From contig NC_067399.1 in NCBI RefSeq assembly GCF_016432865.1, forward strand, positions 246,264,001-246,328,000: a DNA stretch of 64,000 nucleotides, written 5' to 3'. Position 1 is the first letter of the stretch; each line of letters starts with the position of its first letter. Of this stretch, positions 52,640-64,000 are shown piece after piece. The stretch comes from Antechinus flavipes. Its lineage: Eukaryota. The translations under genes were made by a program, and so were the position numbers. The notes below the pieces were generated by a model. That model did not search any database. It worked only from the letters and a program-made list of their open reading frames with translations, and had not been told where the DNA came from.

Positions 52640-55260
52640 TTTTTTCATCTCAGGGTTAGGAAAAAGGGGTTGGTGTCCTTGCTTCTCTCTCCAGACCACT
52701 CTCCTCCTCCTTTGACATCCACGCAATTCATTTACACCATCCTCTTTCCACGTTCTTGTTGCTATCATTGTTTTTGGAAGTATCTACTTTCAGGTCCCTT
52801 CCTTAGTTTTCATAACGGTGTTATTACCTAGTGCATGGATTTCCTCTCCTCTTTCTCATACATCATGCATAGGAACTTCATTATCCATGTTTATGTGTTG
52901 TAATAATACCCAAACTACATAATTCCTCCACCTCCTTCAGTACAACCTTCTACTTTTCCATCCATGTAACATTTCACATGTTAGGCTGGTCATGAGTATT
53001 CTTCAGCTCTCAGAATTTCCTAACTTTAATTCCTACCATTGGAACACAACATTCTAGCCTTTAATCTCTTTCTTTCCCTTACTCTGACTAATGGTCTTCT
53101 ACATGGCTTCCTATCCCTGGACCTTTATTCTCTCAGTTTGTCATCTCCATTCTGGCTTCAATAGCTTCTAATAACTATATTTGATCACATGATTTTTCTC
53201 TTTAATGATTCACTTTTCTTAAAACCCTTTGTCCCATTAAACTAATGCTCTTCCTATCCTGCTAATAATATTCAAACCAAAATAAAACTCACTGTATGAT
53301 TTATCTGATTGTTAAACAAAGTTTTAAAACTGCTCAGAGTAGCCCCTCTACCAGCTCAGTAAATTTTGTTGTATCACCTCAGCTGGGTTGTCAACTATTG
53401 CCACACAATTCTTAAATTCTGTTTCTCTCAACTACCTGTATCATTCCCACCAGCAATTGTTCTCTTAATCTGCTCTCTCTTTTCCCAAGCCTCTGACCTC
53501 AGCCCTTGCCCACTTAATTAACTATAGAACATCTAACCTCTTACTGTACTTCACCAAGAAGATTGTCTGTCTTAAAAGATTGAGTATTGCCTTAACAGTT
53601 CCTCTTTAATTCCTCAAAATTTGTCCATATCATCATACCAGTTCTTTTCTGTTTCCCTCCTATTTCAAAGACAAAAGTATTCTTATTCATCACTAAGATT
53701 AATTCCTTTCCCTGAACCTTATATTCCATATCTCTTAGGAACTTGCTCAAACTGTTATCCTCTTTCTCTCATGCATCTTCAGTTGCTCTCTTTCTACCAA
53801 ACCTTCTCACCTTCCTATAAATATGGTCATGTCTTCTCACTCCTAATAATCAATCCTTCTTCCTAGTCTTTTCTATCACTATCTTTCCCCAAGAGTTAAA
53901 CTTCGTGGAAAAAGTGATCTATACACGCCTTCCTGTTTGTGCCATCTTCTCTGGCATTAGCACTTTTCTCAGTGGTTTCCAAGTTTTTGATTCCACTGAC
54001 ATTTTTTCCCCCATCATCCCCAGTAGCTTTGTATTTGTAGCTTTGATGCTGTTGACCATTTTTTGCTTCTCAGTGCTTTTTATTGCTTTGTTTTTCCTTT
54101 CTTGAGGAACACAGCATAGTTTATAGAGTGTTAGCTTTGGAGTAAAAAAATTTTGTCTTGGATCATTTATTTGTGTAACATTTAAACCCTCTGAACAGCT
54201 GTTTCCTCAATTGTCCAATGAGTACAATTATACTTTTACTTTGCTCACAAAGTTTTTGTGATGCTCAAATGAGATAATAATCGTGTGTGTGGATGTGGAG
54301 GGGTGGCATTTTGCAAACATCAGTTCTATTTCAGAGGCATTTTGCCTTTTGTTTCTCCTACTTCTTCAATAACTCTTTTTCTTCTTGATTAGTTTATTTC
54401 CCTAACCTCTTAAAGTACATATTTCCAAATTTCTGCCCATGGCTCCTTTCTCTTATCTCTTTAAATTCTGTTCCTTGGTGATTTTATCTACTTTTACATG
54501 GTTTCCATAAGCATATCACCACTAATTATTGACCCTAAGATACCCAAATGCCCCACCAATATATCAAATTCACTATGTCAAAAACTATTTTTTTTTTTTG
54601 CCAAAATAAAATCCTTCACATCTGATTCTCCCTTTCTATGTACAACAAATCTAATCTAGTACAACACCCTAATTTAAGCTCTCTTTAATACTGTCCTGAA
54701 TTAAACTGCAAGTGCCTCCTAACAGGCCTTTTCATCTCCATTCATTCCCATTCTCTCTCTCCCTCTCTCCTTCTCTCCTCTCCTTCCCTCCCTTTCTCTT
54801 TTTCCTCCCCTTCTTCCTCCGTCTTTCCTTCTATTTCTTCTTTCCTTCTCTCTCTCCCTTCTTCCTCTCTTTCCTTTCCCCACCTTTTCTCCCTCTCTCT
54901 TTGTTCCTCCAATCTCCCTTCTTCCTTCCCTCTCCTTCTCTCTTCTTTCCCTCTCTCTCTTCCTCTCCTCTCTCTCCCTCCCTTCTTTTTCCCTCTTGCT
55001 TTCTCTTTCTGCTCTTCTTCCCCCATCATCATCCTCTCCCTCTCATTCATCATACCACTGCCAGATCAATCTTTCTTATGCATTTAACTAGTCATGTCAC
55101 TCCTACTCAGATACTTTTCTGTGGGCTCCCTATTACTTAACAAATCAATTTCAAACTCCTTAGCCTAGCATGCAAGTTCCTCCATAATCTGGCACCACCC
55201 TACTTTTCTAGCCTATTCTTAGCATGTTGTAATAGCTAGAATTTTAAGACTAGAATTAAG
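52640..55260 (+). mobile_element. Long degraded L2 LINE, interrupted by MIR and a polypyrimidine tract
   Basis: Pyrimidine-rich forward-L2 motifs (accactctcctcctcctttgacatc; catgtcactcctactc...ggctccctattac...caaactccttagcctagc). Confidence 0.6.
54751..55024. repeat. 274-bp polypyrimidine (CT-rich) low-complexity tract
   Basis: Only about 8 purines in 274 bp. It explains the spurious ORFs 54712..55140 and 54742..55053. Confidence 0.95.
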
Positions 55261-57081
55261 AAGATCTAGATTAGAATTTCACTTCCAACATTTACTACTT
55301 AAGTGATCATATGTATGTTATTTATCTTTCCTAAACTTCATTTCCTTATCTATAGAGTGGGAATAAAAACATCTATGGTAACTACCTCACAAGGTTGTTA
55401 TGAGGCTTGAGATATGTATTTAAATTGCTTTGATAACCTTACAGTATAAATGACAATTATTTTGTTACTGTATTCTTTTCCTTGTATTTTGTGCCTCAAC
55501 TAGACTATAACTACATTGCAGTTTTCCCACCTTTGCTTACATTGCTCTTATTCTTAGAATTCTGCAGCTCACTTCATTTTTCTCTCCTGTGGTCACTTCC
55601 CTCCAACTAAACTCATGTCCATATTTCAAAATATAATTCCAATCTTAGTTCCTTTAGGAAGCTATCTCTGATATTTCCTCCCAAAGTTAGTAGCAACCTT
55701 TCCTCACGTAGAACTTTGTCTTTACCTTAGTTATACAGCATACATTATTTTAAAATGATCGATATTTATGTGTATATTTTTCCACAGCAATAACTGTAAG
55801 TTCTGTGAATGCACAGATCTCTTCACTTCTCTCTGCACACAAACAAATGAACAATATTAGACTTTTCAACTCTAACCCCTATTTGCTGCTCAGGGAATCC
55901 TGTGGGATTGAGCTTTCCTTCCCATTCGTTCACATTGGTTAGTTGTAGGCACATTAACTCCTGAGAAAATGTCATCTGTCATCAGCTTCTTGCTCTGCAG
56001 TAGTTGTAATTTATGAGCCCTGATGACTACTTAGAAAAAGATATTTTGATTGTGAAGCTTTTTTTGCCTTCCCCAAAATTTTTAAAAATATTTCTGTTCA
56101 TGTATATATAAAAATATATACATGCCCCTCTTTTAGCATATTCCTCCCTAGAAATGGATTTTCTTTTTTACTTTTTGAGTGACAAATAAGTAGAAGTAGC
56201 CTGTACACAAATTAAATAAATCATATTTTTTGTCTTGCTGGATTTTGAAGTTAATCACATAACAGTGATTTAATTATACTGCAGTCTGATTTGCCAGTAG
56301 GTGATAGGGAATCACTGAAGAGTGACAGGTTTTTCTCCTACTAATTTCTTGCACTGATGATTTCTTATATCTCCTCACAGTGGGAATAGTGTGTCTGCAT
56401 GTGACCATGTGTGTATGGAGATAGAGAGATGTATAGGGGTCTATTGATGAGTTAAAAATTGTATTTGAGATTGTATTTTTAAAATTGCAACTTTTTTTCA
56501 TTCATAGTCTCCAAAAAATTCATCTCTTTGCAAGGCAACAAGTATTTGCTGCCTTCAGCAATGTTGTATTATACCTTCAGATCTAATAAGTTATTAATAA
56601 AACATAGAGTACTAGAGCTAAAAAGGGCATTAGAGGTAGATGGTCACTCCATCTTCCATTCTACCAAGACAGAAACTGAGGCCCAGAGAAAGGATTGGCA
56701 ATATGAATTATTTATGGAGAAGTGAACCAGGTATCATGATTGATAATATATTTCTAAATTATAGGATCATAGATTTAGAGCTGATTGGAATTTAGAAGCC
56801 ATCTAGCCCAACTCCTTCATTTTACAGATGAGAGTGAGATGAATATATTTGCCCAAAGCCATACATGGAATAAGTGACAAAAGTGGGATTTGAATTGAGG
56901 CCTTCTGAATTCAAAGTCAGTGCTTTTCCCATTCTGTCACACTGTGGCATAATATAAAGCATTAATTTCCAGGAGTCAGAAAACCAAGCTTCTGTTTGCA
57001 ACTCTAATCTACCTGTATGATTCTATAAAGTACATTGGTCTCTGTTTCTTAGCTCTGCTTAATGAGGAAGCTAGGCTAGAT

Positions 57082-57216
57082 CAAGGGTCAGCCAACTGTG
57101 ACCTCTCCAGTACAGAGCTATATTTGTTCATTTATGTAACACAATAAAACTTTGTTTAAAAATGTAAAAAGAAAAAAATTCTTAGCTCATGGCCTTAATA
57201 TCTATAGTACATCCGG
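57082..57216. mobile_element. Old hAT (MER58-like) MITE inserted in a MIR
   Basis: caagggtcagccaact... and ttcttagctcatggcc. Flanks ggctagat and gtctagat (7/8 TSD at a CTAGA target). The MIR tail resumes as ctaaggtctcttccagc. Confidence 0.55.
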
Positions 57217-57463
57217 GTCTAGATGTCTGCTAAGGTCTCTTCCAGCACTTAATTAATTCTGTCATCCCATAAATGGTTCTAACATTAACACTGACATAAT
57301 GTTCTTTGTCATGATTAGCTCTGTCCTGTTGCAGGGATAGTGAGTAGTAAGTCAGTCATTTGAAGGTGAAATCAGTCAAACCATAAGCATATTTCAACAG
57401 AAAACAAGCAACTCTATTTCTGGCACTTGGGATTTTTTTGTAAATGTGGATTTGTTTTAACAG

Positions 57464-57622
57464 GAAGAAGATGGGCTGCGGATGAGGAAGACACTGCAAA
57501 GCAACAGCCCTGCTTCTGCTTCAGCCACCATTGTGAAAGAAGAAGGGCTTAGTACCCGACTTCTTGCTCTGGTCGTTTTGTTCTTTATCGTCGGTGTAAT
57601 TATAGGGAAAATCGCCTTATAG
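57464..57622 (+). CDS. VAPB: VAPB coding exon 6 (terminal; TM helix with GxxxG; stop TAG 57620-57622)
   Basis: Acceptor tttgttttaacag|GAA. 159 nt; [52 protein letters not shown]. The C-terminus is diagnostic for VAPB rather than VAPA. Confidence 0.98.
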   Translation, partial: EEDGLRMRKTLQSNSPASASATIVKEEGLSTRLLALVVLFFIVGVIIGKIAL

Positions 57623-58584
57623 AGGCAGCATGCAAAGGCTGGTAAATTGGATTGATGGATCTGCCATATCATGGGATTTAAATTTATTCATAACAAAGAA
57701 ATTAATGTATGACATCTCACAGGTCTTGCCTTTAAATTACCCCCCCTCCCCCTGCACAAATATAACATAACATAATATCCTAGAAAGTTTGAAATGTACA
57801 GTGAGTAATCAGGGCAAAAACTAAATGCAAAAAGAATGATCTTTACTAAATGCAAGGAAAATCATGGTTAATACTCAAATGATATGTTGTAAATGCAATT
57901 TTAAACATTTTTAGACCTTGGTACATGTTGCTGGATTACCTCTTTTAAAATGAGAAACTGGTTCCTTGACTGCTAGAGTTTCCCCTTCAGATAGTGGGAA
58001 TTAGAGCTAAGCAGGAAAGGTCAGGAATCTCTGTAAAATATATTAATCCACCATACATACTGCTCATGAATTTAAGAGTTTCTGTCCATGTCTTCAGTTC
58101 TGTACAAGTTATCAATTATTTTTTGGAAACTTAAGTGAATTCAGAAGCTGAAAAGAATTAAGTGATGGCATTGAATGTGCTAGTCACCAATATAAGGCAT
58201 AAATTGATTAATGGTACATAACATTTTAGGAGAAAGGTTATTGCCTCATTTCTCTTAAAGGGACCAAGCTAAACTGCTATTGGTTCGTTTAGTTGAATTA
58301 AACTGTTATTCAGAGATGTTTAATGCCTATTTAACTTATTTAATGTATTTCATCTCATGTTTCCTTATTGTCACAAGGTTATGACTAATGCTATGGCATA
58401 GAAATCACCGCTCTAAAGCTGGTGAGTTGATTTGTCATTGCTGCTGGAGATCTGTGGGATCCTTCTTTCTCCTGCTGTTTTGTTTTTTGTTTTTTTTCTT
58501 TTTTTGGAGGGGCACTACATAAATGTGGACTTTGGATTTATTTGAACATTGGAAAACAACGGTCAGGAAATGTTTTTCTATGTA

Positions 58585-58590
58585 AATAAA
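58585..58590 (+). promoter_or_regulatory. Candidate proximal polyadenylation signal AATAAA
   Basis: tgtaAATAAAtaac about 960 nt after the stop; overlaps a TGTAAATA Pumilio-type motif. Confidence 0.45.
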
Positions 58591-59255
58591 TAACATCTAT
58601 CTTGGGGAAGGGAGGGAAATTATACCAGTAGTAATAATAGTCAACTCTTGATTACCCTGCTGGTGGAGGGGTAGCCATAGTGCAGATAACCTTTTAAAAA
58701 ATGTTATTTTAATGTCACTCTTGAATTCATCCTATTTCACTTTCCCTCACTGTGCTTAGTCTCAGTCCCTATCCCCTGCTCACCCCACCCCCAAATTTGG
58801 CCCTTAATTGGATTAGCAACATGGAAAGTTATCCCAGTAGTATGGAGGGGACAGTATCCTAGAAATGACTAGGGGAGATAGTCCTGGAGAGAAAACTGGG
58901 AGGCAGGAGAGAGGAGACCCACCCCAAATGAGAGGCTTGGTGATCAGGGGAAACATTCCCCCAACTAACCTACAAAGCAGATAATTGAGAGTTGACTGTA
59001 AATTAGTTCTATGCCGTAAATGACCAATCCTGTTGGACTATGTAGCATCTTTAAAAGAAAAAAAATTAAATAAAGCCCCAAAATGAAGATTTCTTTTGTT
59101 ATTTTGTCACATTTGCTAGAGAAGAATTTATTTAGAATGACAGGCACTACCTGTGTTTCATAATGCCTTCTAAATTAGCGATGTCTTCTTAGATCCTCTT
59201 GGCCTTGACTATAAGGCTACAGATAGAACTGCTAAAATTTTAAGTGGCCATCCTT

Positions 59256-59260
<5 letters not shown>

Positions 59261-59286
<26 letters not shown>
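59261..59286. repeat. Genomic A26 run in the 3'UTR
   Basis: Directly visible. Confidence 0.95.
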
Positions 59287-59288
<2 letters not shown>

Positions 59289-62200
59289 CTTTTGCCTTCT
59301 TCAGGTGTGGAATTTTTCAGTTACTGGATTTCCAAGAAAGGAAACCTTACCTCTAAAATGAAACAGCTGTAATAATTAATTGAAATTGGGCTCTATTAAC
59401 TTACCATGCACTGGTCTGTGAATTTATCTGTTAGGAAAGAAAATGAGAAGAGTAAAGATGGACTAGTTCAGCTAAGAAATTTAGCATGACTCAAGTATTT
59501 TATTTTCAGAACAGGATCTTTTTTGAAGGCAGGATGCTAGTTCAGCAAGCCACTCTGCACAATGGTTCCCTCCTTTGAGCCCAGAGCCTCTGTGAGGAAC
59601 AGAGGAGTAAACTTTAACATGTTGATCCACAAGTCTCTGTTTATTTTGCCATCCAGTGTTGCTGTAGAAGGAGGGTGGTGATTAGGCCGAGATGTTTTGG
59701 GGTGGTATAAAAGCCACTGAGTCCTAAAATTTCTTAAATTCCAGCCTATTTATGGAGAATCTGCCCCCATTTTGTACAAGAATGGGTTTTAACTAAAATT
59801 TTAATACAAAGATGTCAATCCCTTTTCCTGTCAGCCAGTGAATATTTGTCTTTTGTTTTGCTTTTTGGCTAGGGTTCTATATTCTGTGTTTGTTTTTGTG
59901 AGCTTAGGGAGAAGTTAGTTTTCTATCATTATCAGAGTATAAAATTCAGAGCCCTAGGGCATCCAAACAACATGGCAGAGAAAGGCATAATAGGCATCAG
60001 AAATACGTTAGTATTTCTGGTATCTTATCCATCATGATGGATAGAGGGCAGGGAAGGAGTGGGTAAAGGAAGAAATAGATACAGAATGGGGGAGAAGAGA
60101 GGTGATTCCAACCAGTGAAGAGAGAAGGAAAGCCATTAAAATAAATCTAAGAAGAGAAGGACTAGTGATCAAGGATAACCCCAGTAAGTGTGATGATTTG
60201 AAAGTAAGGCTGTAAAGAGATTGGAGGGATAGGATTAGACTTTGCTCTTAAATTTCAAACCACTGCTCAAAGCTTAGCCCTTGCCCTCTAAATCCAGTCC
60301 CCAGTGAAGGCCATCTCAATAAAGAGCATGCAAGAAGACGTGAGCAGTCATCGGGTTTCATAAAATTTTATCAAGCATATTTTTAAATTGAGAATTTAAG
60401 CTCCCTTGGAACCTCACCCATGGGGATAACAGTGGCTGTGTGTTATTCCCACATAAAGCTTGCATCTTAGATGCAGTTTAAAAAAAAAAAAAAGCAAGCT
60501 ATCATCATTTTTTCTCTTAGCATTTTACATGTAGGAGACTCTAATTTCTAAATTTAGTTTTTAGGACAAAGTCCCCTTTAATGATTCTTTGTAACCTGCA
60601 TTTTTTTTTCTCCTTCCTGATCTATGAAATTGCTTACACAGACAGTAATGAATACTGATAAAAATCATAGTAGGTTTTACTGGCTGACAGTTGATACCTT
60701 CAGTGAGGGGCTCATACTTACAGAAAGGAAAGTGGGAGGAATGAAAAACCTCCAGCAATCCATGAAAACCAAATGTTTCCAAATAAATTGCAAGAACAGT
60801 GTTAGCCTTTCAAAGCAGCAGACCCAGAGTACTGTCTATTAGCAGCACCTCACCTGAATCCAGTGGTCACTCATAGATAACTCACCTTCAAGTGAACTTG
60901 GGAATGAGCTATGGCACAAGGATAAACTAAAAATTGAGCAATATATTAAAGAATACTTAGCATGTCAGAACCTAGTTCAAAACACAGCATTAACTTTATT
61001 CACTGAATTATTGTCACTGGAAATTAACTGAGATCTGCTTGATTTCTAGTCCTATAATTCTGTTCACTACACTACCCTTCATTGTAATAGGTACCATTTT
61101 TAATAATTTGACATTTTTCAAAATGTTGACTAGTTTGGGGCATATAGAAAACCCTCCCATTTGCCCACTCATTATGGGATAAATGGCTAACATAATATTT
61201 AATCATTTAATTATCATTTACCTATTGGATTAATATTTTATTATTAAATTATTGCTTAATTTTAGAGTCTGTTCTGAAAGTTGGATTACATAGTTGTTGT
61301 TTTTGTTTTGTTCGTTTTAAATCTTGTTTGTGAAATGCTCGGTTTAAAAAGTAAAGAGAGGTATTTGCTCTGCAAGGAAAATTTGAGTCCTTTCCTAATT
61401 CTGCTTTTATGGGCCTATGCAAGGAAGCTGTTGCTTCCACCTGCTGGAGACAGAAAACTCTAGATGAGTATCTAGCTACTGGGGTTTTGTGTACTGCAAA
61501 CATGAAATTTAAAGCTGGGTCATCTAGTCTATTTCCTTACTTTAAAAAAAATGAGGAAACTAAATCTCCCACTCGAGCCAGGATGTTGATCAGCCTCTTA
61601 GGACTAAAGAAAGATGAATGGACAAGATTTTGAATGACAGAATCTTGCAGTTATGACAACTATTAGAAAGACTTTGTTTCCCAAGATAGACAGAAATGGA
61701 ATTGTATTGCGTACCTGTTCATTCCATCTGAATCTAATAAGTCTGCAGTTACTTCAGATTTTAAAGTCATATACCTAGAACACCTGATTCCTGTTTCATT
61801 CAGAGTCCATATGAGCCTGATTAGATGGGGGGAGAGGTGTCTTTATTAAGAACCCCTACTTTATTATTTATCAAAAATTAAAATAATCTCCCTATAATGA
61901 GAATAAATTAAACCTGAAGCAAGTTCTGCAGATTTCCCTTCAAGATCCATAAAGGAAACAAAGTTGAAAAATCAAGGAGTTGGTAACCCTCAAAAAAAGT
62001 AGAGCATAATTGTCTAGTAGTTGTTAGGACTTTTTTCTAAACTTCCTTTGTCCTACAGCATTAGAGATGCTTGTACTTCATACTTTCTGTTTCAGAGACA
62101 GACATTCAGAGTTGTAAGGGCATTAGCATCAGCAGGGGCTTCTGTATTGATAGTTTTTTCTCCATCTTAGATTTGGTTTTCATAAAAATGAAATAATCAT

Positions 62201-63111
62201 AGAAATATTATTCAAAAATCTCCCTAGTCACAAGTAGAATGATAGAATTATGCTCTCTAAATTTTCCTCCTATCTGAAAGCCTTTGGGCTTTGGGACTGA
62301 ATTTTTGAAAGTCACTTGTAAAGAAAATTGCCAATTTGGTTCAGCGTAGTGATATGAGCTGCCCTGTAATAAGCCAGCACACCCACTCTGTGGATGTGAC
62401 TGTATATACACACTAATTTATATGTAAAGTTACGGCCATTTGTGAAAATGCATATTTTTAGACTTTTTACTGTTAGCACCACCTACTGAAGTGGCAGTAC
62501 AGAAGCCTCAGATTTTGTTTCAAAATGCAGGTGTAAGACTAAGGATATTTTCTACCTTTCCCTAAATTGACATGGCATTTCTAGGAGACAGGCTAGATAA
62601 GGTAAGCTTGATGATGGGAAAATGGGAGTGGAGAGAGACAGATAACAACTAAGGAGGTAGACTGTATTTCTGATAAAGAGATCTGAAATTAAAGTTTTAA
62701 TTTTTTTAATGTCTACCATTGACACCTAACGAGTACTTCCACTCTCAATAATGTTATAAAAAATGTAGAATGCCTATATTTATCTAAAAAACAGATTTTC
62801 AACTTTGTTTCCTCTTATGGAATTTATGTTTCAGGTTTAATTAATAAATTTCATTACAGGATTATTATTTTTGATTCTTGGTTTATTATAATAGTTCACT
62901 GTGCAATCAGATTCACATATGAGTTATTTTATCAGGGAAATTAGTTTGGCCTTTATTTTTATTAAAAACCAATTCATTAGAAAATGTCCTCTATTTAGAC
63001 ATTTCAGGAAAACCAAATATAGTTATTGTCTAGGCTGCCATAAATATTTGCAACTATAATCCCTGGAATGTTTTCATTGTAAACAATGACCTGATTAAAA
63101 AGTAATGGTGG

Positions 63112-63117
63112 AATAAA
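63112..63117 (+). promoter_or_regulatory. Candidate distal polyadenylation signal AATAAA
   Basis: gtggAATAAAatgg, followed by U-rich sequence further downstream; clear SINE sequence resumes only near 63935. Confidence 0.4.
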
Positions 63118-63162
63118 ATGGCACCCAGAGTAATAATCTGTTGCTGCTAGATAAAGCCATTT

Positions 63163-63187
63163 AAAAAAAAAAAAAAAAAAAAAAAAA
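63163..63187. repeat. Genomic A25 run
   Basis: Directly visible, about 45 nt downstream of AATAAA 63112. Confidence 0.95.
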
Positions 63188-64000
63188 CTTTGCTACTGTG
63201 ACAATGTCTTATTACAGTTCCTTTATTTTATACCAAAGGGTTGATATATATTTAATCATTATCTAATGGATATTGGTGTGGGACTGATAGCATCATCAGC
63301 TCAAATCTGCTTTGTTTATTGACAAGCTTTCTGATTAGGGAGCAGAGCAACATCTAAGGTGATCACCTTCTGGGTCAAATGCATGGGTTCATGGAGAAAA
63401 CTCAAAGCATGCTGTTTTTTACCAAAAGGAAATACAATTTCCTTGGTGTTTCCTTTCAATTATCATCAATAAGGATAGGCAAGGCAGAGAGAGATGACTA
63501 TAACTTATTCATAATTAATATGGCTTGTTATTTAAGAAAGTGATAAATTGCTATGCATGTTTCATATACCAACCCTAGGATTCTTTTGTTGTTTAACTGC
63601 CTGCATTTTTAGGGCATTATTTTTAGAAGTAAACTAAATTCAGCTGTTACTCCTGGAATTCAACATCTCTATCCCACCCCCATGATGGGAGAAAGGGGGT
63701 GTATTATTTGACTGATTCCAGTCAGAATTTGCTTGCCAATAATATTAAGATCACTAATACAAGGACTCCTTTCCAAAGCACTATCAGACTTTCATAAATA
63801 AGAATCTTAAAGAATCTCCATTGTGTAGTTTTGATGTTCACATACAGACACTAAAAGAGAAAATCCATGTTCTCATTGTTGCTATTGTTTTGCCATTATG
63901 TGTTATAGGAACTCTTTTCTCTTTTCTCTGTAAATGAGTGACAGTGTGGTACAGTGAAAAGAGTAGAAGTCACTTACTTATCCTCTCTGGGGCTCGGTTG

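Larger units (their letters stand above)
57623..63187 (+). other. VAPB: VAPB long 3'UTR (distal end uncertain)
   Basis: Follows the stop codon. The proximal part resembles the recalled human VAPB 3'UTR (catgggatttaaattt..., gacatctcacaggtcttgcctttaaattacccc). Nearly devoid of the SINE/LINE copies that fill the introns. Several AATAAA hexamers (58585, 59069, 60318, 63112). Confidence 0.7.

Noticed and set aside
54712-55140. 142-aa Phe/Leu/Ser/Pro ORF and 103-aa Glu/Arg/Gly antisense ORF
   Set aside because: Artefacts of the stop-free polypyrimidine tract.
59261-59286. A-runs (also 44401, 44731, 63163 and T-run 13764) as tails of processed pseudogenes
   Set aside because: No upstream mRNA-like or retroposon body and no TSD is recognisable; treated as mononucleotide repeats.
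60425-60445. Iron-responsive element (CAGTGG loop)
   Set aside because: The five bases 5' of the loop (gataa) do not pair with the five 3' of it (ctgtg), and the bulged C is missing.
63188-64000. 3' end of a convergent neighbouring gene (APCDD1L lies downstream of VAPB in human)
   Set aside because: No coding exon is seen on the minus strand; an isolated tttatt is not sufficient evidence.

Overview
Eukaryotic, AT-rich, strongly CpG-depleted mammalian genomic DNA. The repeat landscape (WSINE1/Mar1/MIR core-SINEs, a WALLSI4-like SINE, abundant L2 and CR1/L3 relics, marsupial-type L1, an OC1-type hAT MITE) points to a marsupial, probably a dasyurid (Tasmanian devil or a relative); this assignment is inferred from recalled repeat families. 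The window holds one protein-coding gene, VAPB, on the + strand: coding exons 2-6 at 26194-26346, 47923-48026, 50045-50125, 51721-51897 and 57464-57622 (TAG). All have canonical AG/GT sites and the exon sizes of human VAPB (153/104/81/177/159 nt). Exon 1 and the promoter lie upstream of the window. A long, largely TE-free 3'UTR follows (about 57.6-63.2 kb or further). Almost all ORFs in the supplied track are non-coding noise or LINE remnants. I found no convincing new protein-coding system. The most unusual elements are: (i) a young, CpG-rich, TA-flanked 399-bp Tc1/mariner-superfamily MITE full of nested palindromes (19371-19769), a horizontal-transfer candidate; (ii) an OC1-type hAT MITE (12869-13061); (iii) an L1 keeping its 5'UTR, ORF1, endonuclease and 3' end but missing the RT core (28621-32918); (iv) a preserved VAP-C alternative reading frame in exon 6 giving the same 29-aa tail length as human; (v) several nested insertions with intact TSDs; (vi) an antisense solo LTR with an internal duplication upstream of exon 3. 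Comparisons to human VAPB and to repeat consensus sequences are from memory and need confirming by alignment.
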